DNA of 32,000 nucleotides from Candidatus Kuenenia stuttgartensis (GTDB taxonomy: Bacteria > Planctomycetota > Brocadiia > Brocadiales > Brocadiaceae): contig NZ_LT934425.1 of NCBI RefSeq assembly GCF_900232105.1, positions 4,260,001 through 4,292,000 of the forward strand. Direction: 5' to 3'. The notes under the pieces were generated by a model. The model had not been told where the DNA came from, made no database searches, and saw nothing but the letters and a program-made list of their open reading frames with translations. This document shows, in pieces, positions 17,971 through 25,668 of this stretch. The position numbers were made by a program, and so were the translations under genes. How positions within the stretch are numbered: the first letter of the stretch is position 1; every line of letters begins with the position of its first letter.

Positions 17971-18424
17971 GGCATTATTGCATTGTTAATCTTCTAACCG
18001 TTTAAAAAATTAATCACTTCTTAACAAAAAATATATTGGTCATTAGTCAGTTGCAGACTGCTGACTGTAGAAGGGACAATAAACACTTGTTCACAAGATC
18101 CAGCTTGGGAGCGAAAGTATTAATGTTCAAAACCCGGGTGGTTTTCATTGGGATTTTGTATTTTGGAATTTGTTCCGTGCTTCGTGCTTCGTAAGATTTT
18201 TTATCTCGTGCTTGTTTTGTTCTGGCTATGCAGGCTTAGCGCCCTCAAGGCATTATAGCAAGTAAACATAAGCTTCCTGATACGCCTTTGTGTGTATAAA
18301 AAGCCCGCGATATGAATGATATTTTTGAGTTTTTTGCCATTTTTTATAAGTGACTAAAAGTGTGTCTTTTATGACTGTAATAATTTACCACAAAACAAGT
18401 TGCATCGCAAATTAATTTCCTGTT

Positions 18425-18489
18425 GATTCCTGTAGATTCCTGTCCATTCCGATGGAGTTGACTACGTTTTGACTACGTTTTGACTACAG
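18425..18489. repeat. two adjacent short tandem repeats
   Basis: gattcctgta / gattcctgtcc / attcc lie at 18425-18450. ttgactacgtt x2 plus ttgactacag lie at 18458-18489, with an 11-bp period. Confidence 0.85.
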
Positions 18490-18502
18490 TGGGGAAAACG
18501 AA

Positions 18503-18534
18503 AAGGGATAACATCCTAAACGGTGTTATCCCTT
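18503..18534 (-). terminator. hairpin with U-rich tail on the minus strand
   Basis: aagggataaca (18503-18513) pairs with tgttatccctt (18524-18534). On the minus strand it is followed by tttcgttttcccc. It lies about 160 nt downstream of the ISL3 transposase remnant stop. Confidence 0.45.
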
Positions 18535-18692
18535 GTTATTTCTTGGGAACTATACAAAAACTATACAGTAATTTAACACAAAATATTGAATCTTTGAGAT
18601 ATAAAACATGAAAACTCAAAGATGTATTGCCGAAAAATAAAGGGCTAAAGTCGTATTGCATTGATATTAAAAGAGATACTATTTCTGCCTGT

Positions 18693-19815
18693 CTAAGTTG
18701 GGTTATCTGCACATACCAGATACTTATACTCCCAAAAACGCTGAAAATCTTCACGCATTAAATATGACTTTACGGAACTCAGGTTGATCTTAACTATCCG
18801 GCTCAACCGTACCGTTTGCTTTTCCGTCAAGTTCTCGGGACTTTTCAACAGTAACCAACAGCTCTTTTCCAGAACATTATCAGCGCCTTCCTCCTTGAGC
18901 TTTTTGACCTCTTCCTTCCGTATCTGGTCTATGGCATCGTTGAATTTCTTCATGATGTGAAAACAGTCAAGAATATTAAGCGCCTGGGGTGCTTTCTTCG
19001 CTATCATCTTCAGGTACGGCGCCCACATGTCGCTGCAAACTAATTTGATTCTCAGACAGCGTTCTTTACCCAACTCATTGAGAAATTTCAGCAGGGTCTT
19101 GGCCTTCCGCTCATGACCACTCCATAAAAGCCTTTTGGCATATGAATCAAGCTGATATACAAGGGTTAAATACTTGCGACCACTCCAGACTTGTATCTCG
19201 TCAATTTCTATTTCTGTTACATTCTCCAAGTCCCTGCTGGCAAGAGGCCGTAGGCAACCACAAACTGCACGGCTCGATATACGCTGTCCCAACTGGACTT
19301 GAATATCTCGGCTGTCTCTTTTCAGCTCAGGCGTTTCGCCCATCGGGACAGGAATACCTTATAGGTGGTGGTCATCTGATCCTTACCCTCTGACCAGGGA
19401 ACTAGTATGACGTTTCATTAAAATATACAAATAAAATAGCATCATTACTATGAGGGCATCTAAAATTCAATCCCTTGTAAATACAAGATTTAAGACTGTT
19501 CAGTCTTTGTTCATAATGGAAAACAATATGTCGATGTTTTACCGAAACGCTATACTAGTTCTACATGGATGCCGTCAACAGGACAGGTAGTGCGTCGGGA
19601 TGAGAATATCGGAAAAATACTCGAAACCCCCCATATTGACGGATACTCGTATAACCGGGACGGCTGTGTATCATACCCAGGTACTCTCTTCCCGCACACT
19701 AAACATTCAGGCTTGGCATTTACCCTCGGCTTTATGTCTACTACTAATGCCTCTCCTTCCTTTACTACCCCAAAACTAATTGCTTTATTAACAAACGAAA
19801 TTGTTAATTGGTAAT
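18693..19815 (-). pseudogene. ISL3-family transposase, degraded
   Basis: N-terminal zinc-finger region ...KPECLVCGKRVPGYDTQPSRL...RRTTCPVDGIHVELV (19563-19790). Then PWSEGKDQMTTTYKVFLSRWAKRLS*KETAEIFKSSWDSVYRAVQFVVAYGL, then ...IDEIQVWSGRKYLTLVYQLD...VCSDMWAPYLK...LDCFHIMK... (ORF 18693-19343). Lesions: no start codon, MITE insertion at 19406-19554, in-frame TGA at 19322-19324 (where W is expected), and a frameshift near 19240-19250. Confidence 0.8.
19406..19554. mobile_element. 149-bp AT-rich MITE inserted in the ISL3 transposase gene
   Basis: It is flanked by direct CTAG copies (19402-19405 and 19555-19558, extendable to ACTAGT). Imperfect terminal inverted repeats are tatgacgtttcattaaaa and ttttaccgaaacgctata (14 of 19 positions). 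Removing the element plus one CTAG restores cat gta gaa cta gtt ccc tgg tca gag = HVELVPWSE, a conserved ISL3 block. Confidence 0.65.
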
Positions 19816-19817
19816 AG

Positions 19818-20210
19818 CTAAAAAAAAGGACATTCGCTAAACGCCGGTGTCATTTTTTTGTTTCTGTAATTATCAATTATGGACGACCCCACCTTCCTTA
19901 ATCTCCTTATCGGCGCACCTATCATCATACCCGCCAGTTGCCCCTGCACCGTCTTCATACTATTTGCTATGCTGTGCCGGAACTGATCGTCGCTGCGTAT
20001 GGCTTCCACAGAGACGCCGTTCAATGCCCTGTTGCATTTCTCTACCGCCGCGGCAAGCGCGGCATCGTCGTTGATATTCATCGTACCGAAGTTATCAATA
20101 AACTCCCTGATATTCCCTATCAGCGTATCCCTGAATATCTTCTTTTCTCCGGAGAGGCGCTCAACCGTCCGGTTCACCATCTCGGCGAGCGTTGTCCGGA
20201 GTGTAGTCAT
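19818..20210 (-). CDS. hypothetical protein (130 aa), visibly GC-richer than its surroundings
   Basis: Clean ORF with helical-looking sequence (TLAEMVNRTVERL...AALAAAVEKCNRAL...) and no motif I can name. Its ATG overlaps the stop that terminates the truncated pgl frame (ATGA). Confidence 0.45.
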   Translation of the reverse strand: MTTLRTTLAEMVNRTVERLSGEKKIFRDTLIGNIREFIDNFGTMNINDDAALAAAVEKCNRALNGVSVEAIRSDDQFRHSIANSMKTVQGQLAGMMIGAPIRRLRKVGSSIIDNYRNKKMTPAFSECPFF

Positions 20211-20214
20211 AGCG

Positions 20215-20826
20215 GTATTCCTTTTACAAGAAAAACAATATTATGTGCTTTATCAATTATATGTGCTTTATTAATTAAAGGTGGCGTTATAGTAATGCGA
20301 TACATCCGTTGTTCCGCTACATACACCTCGCTTACCAGCCGTGTGTTTTCAAAAACAACATCACTTCCGGGAAACAATGACGCCGTATGGCCATTTTCGC
20401 CAAGGCCAAGAAAAATGAGATCAAAGCGAGGAGTCTCTTTTCCTTTGTAATGACGTCTTCATATTTTTTTGCAGCCTCGTCCGGCTCTAAATCAACAGGA
20501 ATTGGGTTAATATTTATTGATGGGATATAATGTGCTCCAGCAATAAAGCTTTTGCCATATTGACATTGTTTAGTTTATTATTAAAGGGTACAAAACGCTC
20601 ATCACCCCAAAAAACAAAGGTTTTGTTCCAGAGGATTTGATCCCGGTAAGGTGGTTTTGCTAAAAGAGAATACAGACATTCAGGGGGTAGTGCCTCCCGA
20701 TAAGGACAAAACAAACTTTCCACGACTTTCGATGGCCTGTTTCGAAATTTTAATCATTAAATCAGCGGCTGCCTGTGCCAATGCCGCTGAAGTCTGAAAA
20801 ACGCTTATATTATTTTGTTGATGCAA
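20215..20826 (-). pseudogene. pgl: 6-phosphogluconolactonase, frameshifted and 3'-truncated
   Basis: Pieces lie in three frames: ...AALAQAAADLMIKISKQAIESRGKFVLSLSGGTTP / ECLYSLLAKPPYRDQILWNKTFVFWGDERFVP... / IPSININPIPVDLEPDEAAKKYEDVI / TPRFDLIFLGLGENGHTASLFPGSD...RITITPPLIN. Shifts occur at the G5 run 20683-20687, at about 20525-20530 and at about 20430-20436. An 18-bp tandem duplication lies at 20241-20276. The last roughly 40 codons after FLVKG are missing. Confidence 0.8.
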
Positions 20827-22339
20827 TTTCATTTTTTTCAAAAGGTATTGTGATCCAATTGTGGCCGTCTACCGCTATCAATGCGTCTGCATCCTGTGGC
20901 CCGTGTGACCCGGCATCATAGGTTGGGAAATTAGGAGAAGTGTTTGCTTTCCATGCATCTAACACTGGCATTAGTATTGTCCATGCCGCTTCTACCTGGT
21001 CTGCACGCATAAAAAGTGTTGCATCTCCCCGGAAGACATCAATTAGCAATGTTTCATAGGCTTCTGGTGTTCCGCCCGTGTAGGTGTCGTGGTAATTAAA
21101 CAACATGTGAACAGGGTTAAGAAGCATTTTAAGTCCGGGTTGTTTTGCCTGAAAGCTTAACTGTATTCCCATATGAGGCTGGATATTAAGGATAAGTTTG
21201 TTGGATTGCCAATTTTCAATAGCTTCAACCGGGAAGGAATGATGTGGTACCGGTTTAAATTGAATAGTGATCACGGAAATCGTTTCATTCAACCGTTTCC
21301 CGGTACGAACATAAAAAGGCACTCCTTGCCAGCGCCAGTTATCGACATAAAGTTTCACTGCCGCAAAAGTTTCTACATTGGATGATGGGGAAACATCAGG
21401 CTCCTGCCGATAACTCTTAACCTTTTTGCCTTTTACCCATCCACTACCGTATTGACCTCTTATTGCATTTTTATGTACTTCTTCCGGTTTCATTTTTCTC
21501 ACTGCGTTCAGTACATCTACTTTTTTATTACGGATCTCGTTGGCATCAAAAGAAATGGGTGCTTCCATGGCAATAAGGCACATCAGCTGGAGCAGGTGAT
21601 TTTGAATCATATCGCGAAGTGCACCTGCAGTCTCATAATAATTCCCGCGGTGTTCGACGCCCAATTCTTCTGACACAGTTATCTGTATGTGATCTATATA
21701 ATTCCGATTCCAGATCGGCTCAAATAATGCATTGGCAAAACGGAATGCCAAAATATTTTGTACGGTTTCTTTACCCAGGTAGTGATCAATACGATAAATC
21801 TGTGATTCATCAAAATGGGTATGCAACAAGGTATTAAGGTTGATAGCACTTTCCAGGTTGTGCCCGAAAGGCTTTTCTATGACAATGCGGCTTTTCTCCT
21901 TATTTTCTGCAAGCTCCGACGATCCTATTTTCATAGAAATTCCTTCGAATTGATTTGGCGGAACAGCAAGATAAAAGACACTGTTGGCTGTGGCATTCCA
22001 CTTTTTTTCAAGAGCTTTTATCTGTTTGCCGATGGCAGCATAGGTAGATGTAGCATCAAACTCTCCTTGCAGGTAGGTCAGATATTTAGTAAAAACATCC
22101 CAGTGATCTTTTTTTGCTTTTCCCTGTCGTGAAAATTTATCTACGCCTTCATGCAAATGTTTTCCAAATTCGGGGTCGGTGTATTTACGACGACTTACCC
22201 CAATTACCGCGAATTCTCCAGGAATCCAGCCGTCTAACCAGAGGTTGTAAATGGCGGGAATCAGTTTACGCCAGGTTAAATCTCCTGTAGCACCAAGTAT
22301 TATAATAATTGTGTGACCTATTTTTGTTTCGGTTTCCAT
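20810..22339 (-). CDS. zwf: glucose-6-phosphate 1-dehydrogenase
   Basis: GATGDLTWRKL NADP-binding site, RIDHYLGKE active site, EKPFGHNL. The start is taken as ATG 22339 (METETKIGH...), one nt after the gnd stop. The ORF-track extension to 22417 would overlap gnd by 77 nt. Confidence 0.92.
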   Translation of the reverse strand: METETKIGHTIIIILGATGDLTWRKLIPAIYNLWLDGWIPGEFAVIGVSRRKYTDPEFGKHLHEGVDKFSRQGKAKKDHWDVFTKYLTYLQGEFDATSTYAAIGKQIKALEKKWNATANSVFYLAVPPNQFEGISMKIGSSELAENKEKSRIVIEKPFGHNLESAINLNTLLHTHFDESQIYRIDHYLGKETVQNILAFRFANALFEPIWNRNYIDHIQITVSEELGVEHRGNYYETAGALRDMIQNHLLQLMCLIAMEAPISFDANEIRNKKVDVLNAVRKMKPEEVHKNAIRGQYGSGWVKGKKVKSYRQEPDVSPSSNVETFAAVKLYVDNWRWQGVPFYVRTGKRLNETISVITIQFKPVPHHSFPVEAIENWQSNKLILNIQPHMGIQLSFQAKQPGLKMLLNPVHMLFNYHDTYTGGTPEAYETLLIDVFRGDATLFMRADQVEAAWTILMPVLDAWKANTSPNFPTYDAGSHGPQDADALIAVDGHNWITIPFEKNEIASTK

Positions 22340-22340
22340 G

Positions 22341-23771
22341 TTATTTCTTTTGGTTCCAATGCGTATGAAAAATTCCTTCTCTGTCGTTTCGCTCGTAAGT
22401 ATGAGCGCCAAAATCATCGCGCTGCGCCTGTATTAAATTTGCGGGAAGCCACCCACTCCTGTAGCTGTCGAAATAGGCCAAAGCCCCCATCATTGCAGGA
22501 ACCGGGATCCCGAACCCGACGCCTGTCTGAATAACTTTCCGAATACCTTCTTGCGATTGCATTAATTTTTTTGAAAATGCAACGCTCAGTATAAGATTAG
22601 AAAGATCCGGCTGTTTTGAAAACGCAGAACGGATGTCTTCCAATAATGCCGCACGGATGATACAACCACCCCTCCAGATGGCAGCAATATCTTCTAATTT
22701 CAAATCGTATTTATATTTTTTGGATGCTACCTGTAACAGCGCCATTCCCTGTACATAAACCGTGATGATTGAAAAATAGAGCGCCTGCTCCACCCATTTC
22801 ACCAGATCATTTTTATCTCCGGTGAATTTCACTTCAGAACCTCCCATGTTTTGATGTGCAACTTCTCGTTCATTTTTATAAGCTGACAAATCCCGCATGG
22901 AAACGGCAATATCAATCACCGGAATAGGTACCTGTAAATTCATGGCATCTTCAGAAGTCCAGGCGCCTGTGCCTTTTTGTTTCGCACTGTCGAGGATTCT
23001 GTCAATAATCCGGCTGTCGGTAAGCTCATCTTTTTGCATAAAAATATCTGCGGTAATTTCTATAAGATAAGACTGCAATTCCCCCTCATTCCATTTTGAA
23101 AAAACAGTGTGTAGCTCATCATTGCTCATAGCCGCACATTCCTTCAACAGGTGATAAGCTTCGGCAATGAGTTGCATCAGCCCATATTCAATGCCGTTGT
23201 GTACCATTTTTACATAGTGTCCTGCGGAGCCAGGCCCCAACCATGTTACGCAAGGCTCATTATTCGCTTTGGCAGAAACAGCTTTCAGCATCTCAGCCAC
23301 ACGCTCATATACTTTCTTAGGTCCGCCCGGCATAATGCTTGGCCCGTGGCGGGCACCCAGTTCTCCTCCTGAAATGCCAACACCCATAAAATGAATGGCT
23401 GATTCTTCCAATTGCTCACTCCTTCTGTTGGTATCCGTAAAGTGAGAATTACCGAAGTCCATCAGTAAATCATTTTTTGACAAAAAAGGTTTTAATTCAC
23501 TAATAACGTCATCCACAATTTTTCCGGCAGGCACAAGCATTATGATTACTTTAGGGGTCTTTAGCGTATTTAGAAATTCATTCAAGTCTGATGTGGCAGA
23601 TATCTTTTCAGTGCCAGCTTCTTTCTTGAGCGTTTCCACCTGGGAACGATTCTTATCAAAACCAATAACGGTGTATCCATTATCGCTCATGTTATAAACC
23701 AGATTGCACCCCATGGTACCGAGACCAATCATTCCGTAGTCGAATTTTGTCTCTTTCATAATTTCAAGCAA
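22341..23771 (-). CDS. gnd: 6-phosphogluconate dehydrogenase, decarboxylating
   Basis: GMIGLGTMGCNL Rossmann motif, GGELGARHGPSIMPGG, HNGIEYG.MQLIAE, C-terminal AQRDDFGAHTYER. The likely ATG start is at 23759; TTG at 23771 is the ORF-track start. Confidence 0.92.
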   Translation of the reverse strand: MLEIMKETKFDYGMIGLGTMGCNLVYNMSDNGYTVIGFDKNRSQVETLKKEAGTEKISATSDLNEFLNTLKTPKVIIMLVPAGKIVDDVISELKPFLSKNDLLMDFGNSHFTDTNRRSEQLEESAIHFMGVGISGGELGARHGPSIMPGGPKKVYERVAEMLKAVSAKANNEPCVTWLGPGSAGHYVKMVHNGIEYGLMQLIAEAYHLLKECAAMSNDELHTVFSKWNEGELQSYLIEITADIFMQKDELTDSRIIDRILDSAKQKGTGAWTSEDAMNLQVPIPVIDIAVSMRDLSAYKNEREVAHQNMGGSEVKFTGDKNDLVKWVEQALYFSIITVYVQGMALLQVASKKYKYDLKLEDIAAIWRGGCIIRAALLEDIRSAFSKQPDLSNLILSVAFSKKLMQSQEGIRKVIQTGVGFGIPVPAMMGALAYFDSYRSGWLPANLIQAQRDDFGAHTYERNDREGIFHTHWNQKK

Positions 23772-23810
23772 TTGACTTGTATTTTTTTGCCTTCCTCAGC
23801 ATTTGGTTGA

Positions 23811-24953
23811 TCAAGATGTTTTGCCTCCAAGCATTTTCAATCTTTTATCTGCCAGGTTGCTAATCAATTTATTATAAGCCTCCGTAAATTTCTGGATGCC
23901 TTCGTCTTCTAATTGTTGTGTTACAAACGAGATATCAATACCCAGCTTTTTTAGTTCACCAAACAAAGCCCTGGCTTGATCGAGGTCATCCTCAATGGCA
24001 TCTTTTTTTAGGATTCCATGTTTGGCAAAAGTTTCAATCGTTTTATCGGGCAAAGTATTTATTGTGTTTTCACCAATCAGCGGGTCAACGTAGCGAAGAT
24101 CATTGTAGAGCGGGTCTTTGTTGCTGGTGCTTGCCCACAATGGCCGCTGTACATGAGCGCCTTTTTCTTCCAGTTTTTTCCAGTTCTCACCGCTGAATAT
24201 TTCTTTAAACCGCTGATAGCATAATCGTGCTGTGGCAATTCCTGCCTTGCCCGATAAAGGATGGGTTCGGTTGGGGTTTTTATTTTCTTCGTTTTTGATA
24301 ATGTACTGGCCGAGCAGTTGGTCGGTGAGTACATCAATTCTGCTGATAAAAACACTTGCTACGGAAATAATATGATCTATCGGCTTGCCTTCTGCAACTC
24401 TTCGTGTAATGGCATTGATGTACGCTTTTGCAACTTCAACATAGCTTTCAATAGAAAAAAGAAGTGTTATGTTGATGTTGACACCTTCGTAAAGCATCTG
24501 CTCGATAGCCGGAACGCCTTCCTTTGTTCCCGGGATTTTGATAAGGCAGTTTTTCTTACCAACTGCATTATACAATCTGCGGGATTCTTTTATGGTGCCT
24601 TCCGTATCACGTGCCAGATAAGGCGGTACTTCAAGGCTTACAAAACCATCGGTGCCATCTGATTTTTCATACACCGGAAACAGGATGTCACAGGCATCCT
24701 GAACATCTTTTATGGTAAGTTCGTCATAAATTTGCGCCGGGGCTTTGCCTTCTTTTACCAATTTGGCAATCTGATCGTCATAATCTGAACCGCTTGTAAT
24801 CGACTTGTTGAAAATGCTTGGGTTTGAGGTTACTCCCCTCAGCCCCTGATCATCTACTCTTTTTTTCAATTCGCCGGAAGTGATTTTCTCCCGCGTTAAA
24901 TTATCAAGCCAATAGCTCTGGCCGTATTGCAATAATTCGATTAGTGTTTTCAT
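23811..24953 (-). CDS. tal: long-form transaldolase (about 380 aa type)
   Basis: GQSYWLDNLTR...GVTSNPSIF N-terminus, the lysine context CLIKIPGT, and NITLLFS. 380 aa, distinct from the 215-aa enzyme at 10189-10836. Confidence 0.9.
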   Translation of the reverse strand: MKTLIELLQYGQSYWLDNLTREKITSGELKKRVDDQGLRGVTSNPSIFNKSITSGSDYDDQIAKLVKEGKAPAQIYDELTIKDVQDACDILFPVYEKSDGTDGFVSLEVPPYLARDTEGTIKESRRLYNAVGKKNCLIKIPGTKEGVPAIEQMLYEGVNINITLLFSIESYVEVAKAYINAITRRVAEGKPIDHIISVASVFISRIDVLTDQLLGQYIIKNEENKNPNRTHPLSGKAGIATARLCYQRFKEIFSGENWKKLEEKGAHVQRPLWASTSNKDPLYNDLRYVDPLIGENTINTLPDKTIETFAKHGILKKDAIEDDLDQARALFGELKKLGIDISFVTQQLEDEGIQKFTEAYNKLISNLADKRLKMLGGKTS

Positions 24954-25039
24954 CTTTGATAATATCCTTGTTTAGTAACTATTTAGCTGCTTTACACAAG
25001 CTCTGGTTTTTAATGGCCACTTTCTGAGGCCGCCTCTAA

Positions 25040-25134
25040 CTCCACCGTCTGCCGACGGAGAGAATGCCAGCGCACCTGCTATTGGTGTGGCTGGTGCGGC
25101 TGGGCTCTCTTCTTCCGCCAACCGGCGGAGAATG
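25040..25134 (-). ncRNA. candidate structured RNA (three hairpins) in a GC-rich spacer between dps and tal
   Basis: Minus-strand hairpins are as follows. (1) CAUUCUCCGCC-GGUU-GGCGGA(A)GAAG at plus coordinates 25109-25134. (2) CCAGC(C)GCACC-16 nt-GGUGCGCUGG at 25067-25103. (3) CUCUCCGUC-GGCA-GACGG(U)GGAG at 25040-25062. Hairpins 1 and 3 are homologous modules, each preceded by GCAUUCUC. One U-G pair in hairpin 3 becomes A-C on the plus strand, which favours minus-strand transcription. No family assignment was possible. Confidence 0.3.
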
Positions 25135-25179
25135 CTTGTCCCAACTATGGGAAGCTGGAGATACATGGTCGATCCGTCA

Positions 25180-25620
25180 CTAACTTAAATGAGGTCGGAG
25201 CATCCAGGCTGTTTTTAAATGGTATTCCATCAAGCCGGTAATGTAATCGCTGATGCCTTCTGCCTTTAGCTTATCTGCAATTGGATTTATATTTTCTCTT
25301 AAAAAAATGATGATGCTTTCGTGGTCTTCCAATAATTCTGCAAAAAGGCTTCTGCTGTCGTTCTTGTCGATAGCTTTTCCAGAAAGATGGGTGAGTTCGA
25401 GATATTTACTGAGTTGTGCGGGTACGTAATGCCCAATGGCACGTATCCTTTCGGCTATGGTATCTACAATTTCCTGTTGCTGATTGTAGAGCTTCTCCAG
25501 ATACACATGCACTGCATGAAAATTGGAATAAAGTACGAATTCATCGGCCAGTATTTTTGATAACTGGTCGGCAATTGCTTGTCTGTTTGTATCGGTAATT
25601 CCGATGTTTGCTTTTTTCAT
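25180..25620 (-). CDS. dps: Dps-family ferritin-like protein, shortened (146 aa)
   Basis: The sequence is collinear with Dps: ...LADEFVLYSNFHAVHVYLEKLYNQQQEIVDTIAERIRAIGH... matches the NF.a.He.l..f......D..AER...LGg region. The roughly 12 residues that normally carry the first ferroxidase His (..tKq.HWNv.G.) appear to be absent between LY and SNFHAVH. Confidence 0.75.
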   Translation of the reverse strand: MKKANIGITDTNRQAIADQLSKILADEFVLYSNFHAVHVYLEKLYNQQQEIVDTIAERIRAIGHYVPAQLSKYLELTHLSGKAIDKNDSRSLFAELLEDHESIIIFLRENINPIADKLKAEGISDYITGLMEYHLKTAWMLRPHLS

Positions 25621-25668
25621 GGTTTATATGTTTTAAGTTAACAATCTTTTAAAGTGTTTTTTAGGTTA

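Noticed and set aside
18425-18489. Short tandem repeats as a possible CRISPR array
   Set aside because: The units are only 10-11 bp and directly abut each other with no spacers. No cas genes are present in the window.
22340-22417. N-terminal extension of zwf in the ORF track (MILALILTSETTEK...)
   Set aside because: It would overlap gnd by 77 nt. ATG 22339 (METETKIGH...) sits 1 nt after the gnd stop and gives the normal distance to the GATGDL motif.
25054-25076. Plus-strand gagaatgccagcgcacc resembles the AAUGCCAGCG core of a TPP riboswitch
   Set aside because: The match is on the strand antisense to all local genes. I could not place the rest of the aptamer (CUGAGA ... ACCC ... CUGAUCUGGAU context and the pairing partners). 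The similarity is a short 10-mer only.
24972-25166. 64-aa ORF in the dps-tal spacer
   Set aside because: Low-complexity Pro/Ala/Gly sequence created by the GC-rich hairpins. No ribosome-binding site. Better explained as structured RNA or DNA.
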